A DNA stretch of 45,023 nt from Candidatus Saccharimonadota bacterium (GTDB lineage Bacteria; Patescibacteriota; Saccharimonadia; Saccharimonadales; AWTP1-31). Where the stretch lies: the NCBI GenBank assembly GCA_026395435.1, contig JAPLYT010000013.1, positions 1 to 45,023 on the forward strand. Direction: 5' to 3'. The notes beneath the pieces were generated by a model, which saw only the letters and a program-made list of their open reading frames with translations, ran no database searches and had not been told where the DNA came from. Positions 27,087 to 36,379 of this stretch are shown here, piece by piece (position 1 is the first letter of the stretch; each line of letters begins with the position of its first letter). The position numbers were made by a program, and so were the translations under genes.

Positions 27087-27458
27087 ATGGCTATAAAAGT
27101 TGCAATTATTGAAGATGATCAAGCGATCAGTCAGATGTATCGGATTAAATTCGAGGCCGAAGGCTACGATGTAGAAACTGCTGAAAATGGCAAGGTTGGA
27201 CTGGCTGTATGTGAGAAAATGAAGCCAGAAATCATCCTGCTGGACCTTATGATGCCCGAGATGAATGGTGATGAAATGCTCGAGAAATTGCGTCAAACCG
27301 ACTGGGGTAAATCGATCAAAGTCGTTATCTTAACAAACATGGGTGAGCAAGAAATTCCTGCCAGCGTCAAATCACAAAACGTTAGTGCCGTAATCCTTAA
27401 AGCAGACATGACTCCTCGTCAGGTCGCCGAACTCGTCAAAAAAACCATCGACGGCTAG
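27087..27458 (+). CDS. Single-domain response regulator (receiver)
   Basis: VAIIEDD, PEIILLDLMMPEMNG, ILTN, ILKA. Confidence 0.93.
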   Translation: MAIKVAIIEDDQAISQMYRIKFEAEGYDVETAENGKVGLAVCEKMKPEIILLDLMMPEMNGDEMLEKLRQTDWGKSIKVVILTNMGEQEIPASVKSQNVSAVILKADMTPRQVAELVKKTIDG

Positions 27459-27478
27459 TTGCAATAAGCTATTAACAA

Positions 27479-27937
27479 TTAATCCATCGACTTTTTGATC
27501 GAGTCTCGAATGCCCATATAGACCTTAACGTCGATGTTGCGCTGTTGGTCTCTATCATAATGGTAACCAAATTGCGGATCTTCAAAGGTCAGGTCACCAA
27601 AGGATACATCTTTCCTATACCTTGGCCGAAAGTGCCAGTGCACATGAGGTTTACTTGGTTGTTTTCGAAAGGCATTATTCATGAGACATGTCCAGTTGAA
27701 CATCTCAGCCCCAAGTGCTTTCTTGCAAGCCGTCTCGAGTAACGTGACGATGCGTGCATACTCTTTCCACTGCTGATCAGAAAGCTCACCCAAACTTCCC
27801 GTATGGTTCTTTGCTGTGACATAGCAGCGGCCCAAGTAGCCTTGGTCATTGGCCAAAAGTACTCGCCACTGGTCTGTTTCATAAATCACAGAGTCAGGGT
27901 TGATAGGTAATTTGCAGGTGTCACAGTCGGGATTCAT
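27479..27937 (-). CDS. HIT family protein
   Basis: N-terminal CDTC and histidine triad PHVHWHFRPR. Confidence 0.88.
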   Translation of the reverse strand: MNPDCDTCKLPINPDSVIYETDQWRVLLANDQGYLGRCYVTAKNHTGSLGELSDQQWKEYARIVTLLETACKKALGAEMFNWTCLMNNAFRKQPSKPHVHWHFRPRYRKDVSFGDLTFEDPQFGYHYDRDQQRNIDVKVYMGIRDSIKKSMD

Positions 27938-27979
27938 ATCGATGATTATAGAGTATTAGCTGAATTAGATATACGACAA

Positions 27980-29668
27980 TTATTTTGTGACATCAGCAAT
28001 TTTTGTGGCGAAGTTCTTGCTGTGAACAGATAACGTAGTGGTGCCTGCGCTCAAACTTGAGCCTTTTATAAACGTATAGTATACGCTGGCTCCTTTGGTG
28101 AGATCGTTCGGATTGAATCGCTGGATTGTGGCGCCATTCTGGATAGTAGAAGAGCAGGTGTCGGTTGCATCGACTCTGCATACCAGCAATATAGATTCGT
28201 CTGAGGCAACAGCACCGGTTTTAGAACGCGTGAGTCCACCGGTCGGAGGTTGGCGGGATTGTATTGCGGTTGTGCCCACCGTACCAGGAGGATTGACGAG
28301 AGCACTGGCGAGAAGCGTGGCTTTGTGAGCATTGACCCGTCCTGCTCCGTATTGATCAGTCCTACCTGCTCCACTCATGCCAGCAACTTTGTCGGTAGAA
28401 TCGATAAGAGCTCTTTGCAATTGTGCCACGGTAGGGTTTCCGAGCTGTGCGCGCAGAATACCAGCAAGCCCTGCCACAATAGGAGATGCAAACGACGTTC
28501 CGCTCGCGGCGCTGACATATCCATCGGTGGTATACACGCTGCTCCAGCTAGCGAGAGGTCCTACCAAATCTCCAGGCGCTACTACGTCAAGCTCAGCACC
28601 ATAACTACTGAATCCACTTCGATTATCCGATGAATCGGTCGATCCTACCGCAAGCACTTTAGGATATTTCGCCGGGTAGGCCATGCGCCCTGGTGCGACC
28701 ATATTGGCACAATCTCCGGCAGTACTGTTTCCGCAGTTCCCGCTGGCTGCCACTACCAAAACGCCACGATCCGTAGCGTAGGTGATAGCGGTGTCCATTG
28801 CCACGTCATAGCCGCTTCCACCAAGACTCATGTTGATGATCTTGGCTCCGTTATCGGTGGCGTATTGGATGGCTGCTGCGATAGCGTTGGTAAAACCTTC
28901 GCCGTCGTCAGACAATACTTGAAGCGGCATAATCTTGGATTGCCAATCCATCCCGGCTGTGCCGACACCATTGTTGGCCTGGGAGCCAATCAGGCTACTT
29001 ACCATGGTTGCGTGCTGCGTGCCAGTACCGATAGGATTTGTCATACCCGTTTGTGGGGAGTTATCATTGTTCACAAAATCCCAACCCCTGGTATCGTCGA
29101 TATAGCCATTTTGGTCATCGTCACAATTGTTGGTCGCTTTATTCGACGCGACACCAGTCCAACATGCATCGCCCAGTTTCGTTATTCCGGTTTCACCACT
29201 ATTGGTAGCCCACTTATTTGCGAGGTCTTCATGAGCTAATGCAAACCCTGTATCGATCACCGCGATAACCGTGCTTGCACTACCGGTAGACATATCCCAA
29301 GCTCGGGCAGATTGAATGGTTGTATGATGCCAACTACTGGCAACCTGCGGGTCGTTCGGTGTTTGCAAAGCGTAATAGGCTAATTGCGGGTAATCTTTGC
29401 CTGCCAAAAGCGAGCTAGCGAAGGTATTTTCGCTATTTGGAGCAGGAGTGCTTTTAGATGCTTCCTGCTTTTTTGGCTGCGGTGCTGGCACCGGCGCTAC
29501 GTTCACATTTTTAGAAAGAGCTGACGGTGATACAACTGGGCTTGAGCCAACAGGAGTAGCTGGAGGTAGTTGTACCTTGGCTTGAAATGACGGCGCAGCC
29601 AAAATTACACCAAATACTATGATGATTGCGGCAATTTTTGTAATGAATAGTTTTTTGATTTTTATCAC
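27980..29668 (-). CDS. Secreted S8 (subtilisin-like) serine peptidase
   Basis: IAVIDTG (Asp), QHATMV (His), AASGN (oxyanion Asn), SGTSFASP (Ser); DDDQNGYIDD Ca-loop; signal/TM. Confidence 0.92.
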   Translation of the reverse strand: MIKIKKLFITKIAAIIIVFGVILAAPSFQAKVQLPPATPVGSSPVVSPSALSKNVNVAPVPAPQPKKQEASKSTPAPNSENTFASSLLAGKDYPQLAYYALQTPNDPQVASSWHHTTIQSARAWDMSTGSASTVIAVIDTGFALAHEDLANKWATNSGETGITKLGDACWTGVASNKATNNCDDDQNGYIDDTRGWDFVNNDNSPQTGMTNPIGTGTQHATMVSSLIGSQANNGVGTAGMDWQSKIMPLQVLSDDGEGFTNAIAAAIQYATDNGAKIINMSLGGSGYDVAMDTAITYATDRGVLVVAASGNCGNSTAGDCANMVAPGRMAYPAKYPKVLAVGSTDSSDNRSGFSSYGAELDVVAPGDLVGPLASWSSVYTTDGYVSAASGTSFASPIVAGLAGILRAQLGNPTVAQLQRALIDSTDKVAGMSGAGRTDQYGAGRVNAHKATLLASALVNPPGTVGTTAIQSRQPPTGGLTRSKTGAVASDESILLVCRVDATDTCSSTIQNGATIQRFNPNDLTKGASVYYTFIKGSSLSAGTTTLSVHSKNFATKIADVTK

Positions 29669-29786
29669 GATGAGTACAATCGCTGGTTATTCCTCTCACA
29701 GTGTAGTCTTTGAAACGTTATCTGTCTATAACGCTCACGGTTTGGGAAGGTCGCGCAGCAGCAGCTAAATAGGGTATGATAGAGAG

Positions 29787-31112
29787 ATGAAAATTGCCAT
29801 ACTCGGATACGACAGACAGGGACGATCAGCATACGACTATTGGGGCCCAGGAAATGAAATCACCATTTGTGATCGCAATCCGGAAACTGTCATTCCAGAA
29901 GGCGCAGAGTCGCACTTGGGCGAAGCATATCTGGATGATTTGGATGACTTTCATCTGATCATCCGCACACCCGGCCTACACCCTAAGCAAATCGTTGAAG
30001 CCAATAACGAGCGAATTCTCCGCAAAGTGACCACCGTTACCGAAGAATTTTTCCGCGTCTGCCCTGCTCCTATCATCGGCGTTACAGGCACCAAAGGCAA
30101 AGGCACCACATCGTCACTCATTGCGGCTATCCTAGAGCAAGCCGGCAAGACCGTCCACCTTGGTGGCAACATCGGCATCGCACCACTCGATATGCTCAAA
30201 GATGGCATCAAAAGCGACGACTGGGTGGTGCTAGAACTTGCCAATTTCCAGCTCATTGACCTGGGCGTTTCACCGACTATCGCTGTCTGTCTGATGGTCG
30301 TGCCGGAACATCTCGACTGGCATACTGACATGGCGGAATACATCGGAGCTAAGCAACAATTATTCCGCAATCAAGGACCAAAAGATCGAGCAATATTTAA
30401 CCGATTGAGTGATTTTTCTGGCGAAGTGGTCGAGGTCAGTTCGGCATTCAAGATTTCCTACGAAGTCCCGCCAGTAGGCCAAATACCCGGAGATAAAAAC
30501 GGAGCCTACGTTCTGGGGGATGACATTTATATGGATGACGAAAAAGTCTGCAAGACATCGGACGTGGCCTTACTTGGACGCCACAACCTGGAGAACGTTT
30601 GTGCGGCAATTGCGGCCATTTGGGATGTTATCGACAACGACGCTTCGGTGATCGTGGAAGCAGTGAAAAAGTTCAAAGGCCTCCCGCACCGGCTCGACCT
30701 AGTCCGCGAAGTGAATAATGTGAAGTATTATGATGATTCATTTGGCACTACACCAGAAACAGCCATTGTGGCGATCGAGTCTATTGCTGGCAAAAAAGTA
30801 TTAATACTTGGTGGCTCAGAAAAGAAATCTGACTATTCTGAGCTCGAGGGTATCATTGCCAAAAGTGACGTTCACACACTTATTACAATCGGCGTAACGG
30901 GATCGCGAATAGCTAGTGAAGCTGTTGCTGCCGGCTTTAACGGTGAAGTGCTAGATGGTGGCACTACGATGCAAAGCATAGTTGCCACTGCGTCTCGCGT
31001 AGCAAGACCTGGCGATAGCGTCCTCTTATCTACTGCTTGTGCTAGTTTTGGTATGTTCAAAGACTACATTGAACGCGGCGAACAGTTCAAAGCAGAAGTA
31101 GCAAAACTTTAG
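29787..31112 (+). CDS. murD: UDP-N-acetylmuramoyl-L-alanine--D-glutamate ligase
   Basis: GVTGTKGKGTT, GGNIG, VLELANFQL, EHLDWH, GLPHRL, YYDDSFGT, VLLSTACASFGMF. Confidence 0.95.
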   Translation: MKIAILGYDRQGRSAYDYWGPGNEITICDRNPETVIPEGAESHLGEAYLDDLDDFHLIIRTPGLHPKQIVEANNERILRKVTTVTEEFFRVCPAPIIGVTGTKGKGTTSSLIAAILEQAGKTVHLGGNIGIAPLDMLKDGIKSDDWVVLELANFQLIDLGVSPTIAVCLMVVPEHLDWHTDMAEYIGAKQQLFRNQGPKDRAIFNRLSDFSGEVVEVSSAFKISYEVPPVGQIPGDKNGAYVLGDDIYMDDEKVCKTSDVALLGRHNLENVCAAIAAIWDVIDNDASVIVEAVKKFKGLPHRLDLVREVNNVKYYDDSFGTTPETAIVAIESIAGKKVLILGGSEKKSDYSELEGIIAKSDVHTLITIGVTGSRIASEAVAAGFNGEVLDGGTTMQSIVATASRVARPGDSVLLSTACASFGMFKDYIERGEQFKAEVAKL

Positions 31113-31765
31113 ATTTTTATCTCTTCAAGCGTACGAACGATTTTACGTATGACTGACTGTTCGGGTTGTAAAACTAATGCTCTACCCTCGGCTATTCGGC
31201 GAATATCATCTTCTATCCAGTGATAATGGGTACAGCCCAGGACGATTATATCGACCTTTTGCTCACATAAATCATTGATCTGCTGTTCGATAAACGCATG
31301 GTCTACGGCATCAGCTTCAATCATTCGAGACCAGCTACTGCAATCTGGTTCGACCACTGCAATGGTATTTGCATAGGTATCTTTCAGCCAGTGATATCGC
31401 GCACTTGCCAGCGTAGCCGGGGTTGCACAGACTGCCACGATTCCCGTTTGTGTTTGCTCAGATGCCGACTTGACCATTGGTTCCATGCCGATTAACGGTA
31501 CTTTGATTGTCTGCCTAAGCTTTTCTATGAGGTTTGTTGAAACCGTATTGCAGGCAATCACGATTACATCACACTTTTCTTTTTCTAATTTCTTCAGAAT
31601 TGGCGCTACATATGAATATACGAGGTCCATCGACTTGTCGCCGTATGGTACATGTTCTGCGTCATTTACAAAAAGTACCTCTACCTTTGGGAGGGCTTTT
31701 TCAATCGCCTGAGCCACAGAAAGTCCACCTACGCCAGAATCGAATACGCCTATTTTTGAATTCAT
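31109..31765 (-). CDS. murI: Glutamate racemase
   Basis: IGVFDSGVGGLSV, VPYGDK, IACNT, LGCTHY. Confidence 0.95.
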   Translation of the reverse strand: MNSKIGVFDSGVGGLSVAQAIEKALPKVEVLFVNDAEHVPYGDKSMDLVYSYVAPILKKLEKEKCDVIVIACNTVSTNLIEKLRQTIKVPLIGMEPMVKSASEQTQTGIVAVCATPATLASARYHWLKDTYANTIAVVEPDCSSWSRMIEADAVDHAFIEQQINDLCEQKVDIIVLGCTHYHWIEDDIRRIAEGRALVLQPEQSVIRKIVRTLEEIKI

Positions 31766-31821
31766 AGACTAATTATACTCGTACTTTTCGTCTGATATTG
31801 GTAATTTTATAATTAGTTGAA

Positions 31822-32031
31822 TTAGGATTCGAAATCGCCCATGAAAGCTATATGGCCAATAGGTAAGCCCTCATTCCGTAGGCCTTCTTCAAGTACAAAC
31901 GGTCGAGGTGTTGGATCATACCCGTCAGTAACGGTAAGTATGACTGGCGAAATTTCATTAGTAGAGGCTATTTGGTTGAAAATAGCTTGTTCTGCTGCAC
32001 TAAGTGGTGATCGATCTGATTTTCCTGTCAT
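31822..32031 (-). CDS. Small hypothetical protein
   Basis: 69-aa ORF with TATAAT 6 nt upstream of the ATG. Confidence 0.45.
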   Translation of the reverse strand: MTGKSDRSPLSAAEQAIFNQIASTNEISPVILTVTDGYDPTPRPFVLEEGLRNEGLPIGHIAFMGDFES

Positions 32032-32128
32032 ATAGCAATTATATAACTAATATTACTTTTTGTCTATACATCAACTTACAAATTTTCAGCGTATACTGAC
32101 AATAATAAACCTAACAACAGGAACATGT

Positions 32129-32464
32129 ATGAAATATCGAAGTCCTCTGAAAGTAGCACTGTTTACAATATTTAGTTTTGGAATTTATATACTCTTTTGG
32201 TATGTCAAAACAAAAGGAGAACTTAATGACCGGGGAGGCGAAATCCCGACTGCTTGGATTTGGCTCATCCCAATCTTTGGCTATTTCTACTTGATCTATA
32301 AATACTCCGAAGCTGTCGACAAAGTCACTAATCAAAAACTAAGCCTTCCGCTGGCCTTTATCCTCGTGTGGTTGATCGGTGGGGGGATCGGTGAAGCAAT
32401 CCTGCAAGACACCTACAACAAGCTTGGCGAAGATACGCACAGCGTTTCAAACGATCCAAAATAA
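32129..32464 (+). CDS. DUF4234-like membrane protein
   Basis: RSPLKVALFTIFSFGIYILFW.VKT..EL...Q..YN pattern; start moved to ATG 32129. Confidence 0.7.
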   Translation: MKYRSPLKVALFTIFSFGIYILFWYVKTKGELNDRGGEIPTAWIWLIPIFGYFYLIYKYSEAVDKVTNQKLSLPLAFILVWLIGGGIGEAILQDTYNKLGEDTHSVSNDPK

Positions 32465-32701
32465 TTATTGCAAGACCATTTTTGTATGTGCAGCTAACTG
32501 TTCAATCCAGCGTTCATGTCTACTCAGACCGTGATTAATCATGGTAACTTCTTGAGCCATATCATCTAATCGCATAGCGAGCCCGTCTACCGTGCCCATA
32601 AGGGTATCTATTTTTACATCCTGGGCGACGAATCGAGCGTCAATACGATTGAACTGCTCTTGCATGTAGACATATAGTTTAGTGAATTCATCGTGGCTCA
32701 T
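32465..32701 (-). CDS. Small coiled-coil hypothetical protein
   Basis: 78 aa with heptad pattern (FTKLY.YMQEQF.RID...RHERWIEQLA); start overlaps the upstream stop. Confidence 0.6.
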   Translation of the reverse strand: MSHDEFTKLYVYMQEQFNRIDARFVAQDVKIDTLMGTVDGLAMRLDDMAQEVTMINHGLSRHERWIEQLAAHTKMVLQ

Positions 32702-33027
32702 AATTCAATCCTATCACGTTTGTGATTAATATTTTGTTGTAATTTGGCCGTCAATAATCCGATGCTTGCGCAGAAAAGTATAAGCGCCAAGATTCGCAAA
32801 AGCGAAAGATTTATATTCACTTGGTAATTACCGTTACCGACAGCGTTTTTAGATAGTTCAAACAAAGGTACCGGACCTATTGAGCCTGTTACAGTACCTG
32901 TTGCATTAGATAAAAGCGATGCTTTCGACATTAACAGACCAATAAAGATCACCAGTCCGACTATCATGCCAATCGTAGTGCGAGTAATTAATTGTTTTTG
33001 TTGTTGCGACCTTTCAAGTACGGCCAT
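32698..33027 (-). CDS. Small two-TM membrane protein (candidate immunity/accessory protein)
   Basis: 109 aa, two TM helices flanking a short beta-rich loop; overlaps the permease stop. Confidence 0.6.
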   Translation of the reverse strand: MAVLERSQQQKQLITRTTIGMIVGLVIFIGLLMSKASLLSNATGTVTGSIGPVPLFELSKNAVGNGNYQVNINLSLLRILALILFCASIGLLTAKLQQNINHKRDRIEL

Positions 33028-34378
33028 ACTGTTTCCTCCTTATTATTTCAAATACAAATATCAGAGCCCACGCCGTCACCGCTGCCTCACTCCACAGGGC
33101 GATTTGCATAGAAACTGATACGTGAGAAAACTGGGCTGCCCTTGGAAAAAGCATGACTGTACTGCAGGCGGTCATTGCCGAGAAAAACTGAGCTCCAGTG
33201 TCATGAGCCGATGGCACGAATACGGTACCGGCAAATAGTCCGACAATAGAGCTGAATGTCTGAACCGACAGATAGAACATCAGAAACAATACCTGGCTGA
33301 CTGCACTGCCGTGAAGCGCAAAGTACATGGGTAGACCAATGATGAGCCCACAGAAAAGAACACCCAATGATTCACTCAGTACCAGACTCTTGGGCCCACC
33401 AAGTAACACGGCTTCAGGTGGAATAGCACGACGCATGGTTCCTCGAATATCACAGGCGAACATCGCAGCTAAAATGGCGCCCAGTATGAGCATCCCGTAG
33501 GGATCACTGAATGTCGTGCCCCGGACTAACATTGAAATCGCTGTCGATAATGAAAGTAGCATAGCAATGCCAAATGATGTTCTCGTGCGATTATTACGCC
33601 ACAATTTTACCAAGAACCAGGCTGATAGCGGGAGAAATTTAGGGATGATTTGCCTATGTTCAGGCTTAGAGCCGTGAAGAGTCCCTACCGAGTGATAAAA
33701 ATATGAATCAATGAGCCCATAGCACTGCAAGGCGATGATTGCATAAATTACAATGATGATTTGATTGAAGTGCTGGCCACCGGATGATTGCAAAAGATGA
33801 TCAAAAAGCGCCAGTAGAACACTCACCTGACCTACAAACAGGACTGTTTTTATAAATGGCGAAGATGGCCTACGTGCCAGCAAACCCACCATGCCACTGA
33901 GTAATCCGAGCGCCCATGCCAGGCTAAGCATCACCGCTGAAACTCCAAGCTTTTGGGCTATTGTACAGACTATAGATAGTCCAAATACGACCAAAATACC
34001 CCAAATGACCACGATAGGTAACATCGTACAGAACCACCGTTGCCGTGGGCGTAGTGGCATGAGCGAAATCATCGACTGCATGACTATGCGACTTCCTGCT
34101 TGCTGGAATATACCCGTTGCAAGCATCGCAAAACCTCCCAAGATAAATCCTATACTCAGCACAATTGCAAAAAGCACAGACGATGGAATACCCGTGGGGA
34201 GTTGTGCATTGTGCAGAGTTTTAGCCATGACATACCCTCCGCACACAGCACCGACGTAGAACCCTGTAATCCGCGTAAGCGCAGACCGCAATGGGTTTTC
34301 GCTTCCTCCACCGAACCGCGTCGATACAATAGTCGCGTAAAGCAACCGTGATGACCTACTTTGAGATTGCGGCGTCAT
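33014..34378 (-). CDS. Multi-pass membrane protein, probable ABC exporter permease
   Basis: About 12 hydrophobic segments in two halves; overlaps the ABC ATPase gene. Confidence 0.7.
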   Translation of the reverse strand: MTPQSQSRSSRLLYATIVSTRFGGGSENPLRSALTRITGFYVGAVCGGYVMAKTLHNAQLPTGIPSSVLFAIVLSIGFILGGFAMLATGIFQQAGSRIVMQSMISLMPLRPRQRWFCTMLPIVVIWGILVVFGLSIVCTIAQKLGVSAVMLSLAWALGLLSGMVGLLARRPSSPFIKTVLFVGQVSVLLALFDHLLQSSGGQHFNQIIIVIYAIIALQCYGLIDSYFYHSVGTLHGSKPEHRQIIPKFLPLSAWFLVKLWRNNRTRTSFGIAMLLSLSTAISMLVRGTTFSDPYGMLILGAILAAMFACDIRGTMRRAIPPEAVLLGGPKSLVLSESLGVLFCGLIIGLPMYFALHGSAVSQVLFLMFYLSVQTFSSIVGLFAGTVFVPSAHDTGAQFFSAMTACSTVMLFPRAAQFSHVSVSMQIALWSEAAVTAWALIFVFEIIRRKQYGRT

Positions 34379-35108
34379 TGTACAGCTCCATAAATCGTGA
34401 CTCTACACTGCCATATTGCCTAACTATAGTTGCGGTAGCTTCTCTGAGAACGATGTGGCCTCGACGTATCATAACGATTTCGTCAGCGAATCGTTCTGCC
34501 CACCAAAGATCATGGGTGGCTGCAATAATGGCCGACCCCGATTGCATTCGCGCTTTTAAGAGTGCTTCTGCTCGAATTATGGCAATCGGGTCGAGGCCGT
34601 TACGTAGCTCATCCACAATGATGAAATGGGGATCGTGAAGCAATCCTGCGATGATCTGAACTTTCTTTTTATTGCCATGACTCAAGTACCCGAGCTGTTG
34701 GTCAAAAGAAGTGAAGATAAGATCACGCGCCATCTGCTCTACACGCCTTCGCATGAGTACACGGCTTTGACTGGGGAGCTGAACCGACATGAGCAGTTCG
34801 AAGTACTCCCGAGCAGTAAGCTCAGGAATGATCCAGGTGTCGTCGTCGGGCACATACCCAACCGCTCGCTTAACGAGCGGATTGTCACTATGCGCCTTTT
34901 GCCCATTGATCCTGACTTCACCCTCAATTGGCGGCAATAGCCCAACCAGCGATTCTACAAGTGTGGTCTTGCCACTACCATTAGCCCCGACGATGCACGT
35001 CACCGTACCTGGCGTTACGACCAAAAACGGGATATTGATTTCAAAGCGAGCATTACGCCGGACCCGTAGTCCGTCGACGCTGAGTAGAAGTCGTTGTCGT
35101 TTTCTCAT
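34356..35108 (-). CDS. ABC transporter ATP-binding protein (exporter type)
   Basis: GANGSGKT, LSHGNKKK signature, IIVDE, ATHD; start moved to ATG 35108. Confidence 0.93.
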   Translation of the reverse strand: MRKRQRLLLSVDGLRVRRNARFEINIPFLVVTPGTVTCIVGANGSGKTTLVESLVGLLPPIEGEVRINGQKAHSDNPLVKRAVGYVPDDDTWIIPELTAREYFELLMSVQLPSQSRVLMRRRVEQMARDLIFTSFDQQLGYLSHGNKKKVQIIAGLLHDPHFIIVDELRNGLDPIAIIRAEALLKARMQSGSAIIAATHDLWWAERFADEIVMIRRGHIVLREATATIVRQYGSVESRFMELYNDAAISK

Positions 35109-35946
35109 AGCTATATCCCTTTCTGAATGAAGTGATTTCTTTACTAAGCGCCTGGCCATCTCCGTATGAAGGTAGCCAACTCGCTGCGTGGAATATGCAG
35201 ACTACCCTGCTTGCCTCCGCCACTACATGAGCATCTATCGCCCATCCAATAAGTCCGAGTATTGCAGCCGAAACAATCCCCATCAACGGACCCATAAGCG
35301 CAGAGAGAATATTTCGTTTGCGCGAGAGTTGGTGATGTACAATTCCGAGCCGTAATCCTCGAACAATGATGACAGGCGTATGATTTGATGACTTACTAAT
35401 TACCACGTGCATATATTCATGCACAATCGTGGTGAACCACAGGATGCTGATGCAAAACAATGAGAGCAAAGCGTATGATGGCATGCCTGCAATAATACTT
35501 AACATGCTAACGAATATTGTAAGAACTGCCAACTGACTCATTGCCTGACTAACAGCAATGGCAATTGCCCTGTGTGTTGCAGGGAACCGAGATGCGTGTG
35601 ACTGCAACGTCACTCCTTGTAGTCTCCATCGAGTTCTTTGAACTATGATTTGAACCTGAGCCTTTCGCGTACGGCGAATAGCGATACCCCCAATAGAATT
35701 CAAGAAGTCTATGAGCTCCATCCATTCACTGTCGGTCAAACCTGAAGCGATTGAATAGGCATACCACTGTGAAACCTCAATTCCTTTTCCAAGTACGTTC
35801 AGCACATCTCGAGCTTTACCTGAAATGATATGCCGCGCCCCGTTCGCATGATCGAACAGCATACGTTGTCTTACTTGTAGTCTCGGAGCGAGCGACACCA
35901 CGTCGCCTGCATGAATGATTCCAAGGCTTTCAGTGAAGAAGTCCAT
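35053..35946 (-). CDS. Membrane zinc metallopeptidase (M50/site-2-like) with N-terminal PqqD/RRE-like domain
   Basis: HEYMH within a TM, ALMGP, SWLPSYGDG. The N-terminal ~85 aa show a three-strand/three-helix pattern ending FLNSIGGI. The ATG at 35946 overlaps the precursor stop (TAATG). Confidence 0.75.
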   Translation of the reverse strand: MDFFTESLGIIHAGDVVSLAPRLQVRQRMLFDHANGARHIISGKARDVLNVLGKGIEVSQWYAYSIASGLTDSEWMELIDFLNSIGGIAIRRTRKAQVQIIVQRTRWRLQGVTLQSHASRFPATHRAIAIAVSQAMSQLAVLTIFVSMLSIIAGMPSYALLSLFCISILWFTTIVHEYMHVVISKSSNHTPVIIVRGLRLGIVHHQLSRKRNILSALMGPLMGIVSAAILGLIGWAIDAHVVAEASRVVCIFHAASWLPSYGDGQALSKEITSFRKGYSYEKTTTTSTQRRRTTGPA

Positions 35947-36143
35947 TATCGACACATGAATGTTGCTTTGCCGTGCAACCAATCGATGACGACGCTTTTA
36001 GCGCCTTTCCACCCACAGATCATTAAGGCTGCAATTGCTACTGAACCGATTGCGATCACCCATGCTGTTGCTGCAACAATAATCGCCGCTTCTTTGGCGT
36101 CATAATCTACTGATGAATCGGCCAAAACTCCTGAATTACCCAT
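35946..36143 (-). CDS. Putative bacteriocin/RiPP precursor, 65 aa
   Basis: Acidic leader (MGNSGVLADSSVDYDAKE), hydrophobic helix, cationic Trp-containing tail bounded by two Cys (CGWKGAKSVVIDWLHGKATFMCR); first gene of a peptidase-ABC operon. Confidence 0.72.
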   Translation of the reverse strand: MGNSGVLADSSVDYDAKEAAIIVAATAWVIAIGSVAIAALMICGWKGAKSVVIDWLHGKATFMCR

Positions 36144-36379
36144 ACCTCTGCCTACCCTTTTCCATGATCATCATACCGTGCTGGTTTGATGATTATTAAG
36201 CGTTACGTTGATGGTGTAGCTACACGTGACTATGTTTTACGCCCTTGCAAGAACCGCGTCAAATGTTATTAGCATACGGAGCGAACGTGAGAATTTTCAA
36301 TAAGCGAATGTCAATCTTGAAATTCGTTGTATATAAAATGACGATATTTTTGACATCACAAAACCTACCAAAAGTACTA

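Noticed and set aside
35946-36143. Precursor as a pilin or a head-to-tail circular bacteriocin
   Set aside because: No G|FxxxE prepilin motif and no SpoIIM/DUF95 gene recognised; the terminal Cys pair suggests a disulfide loop instead.
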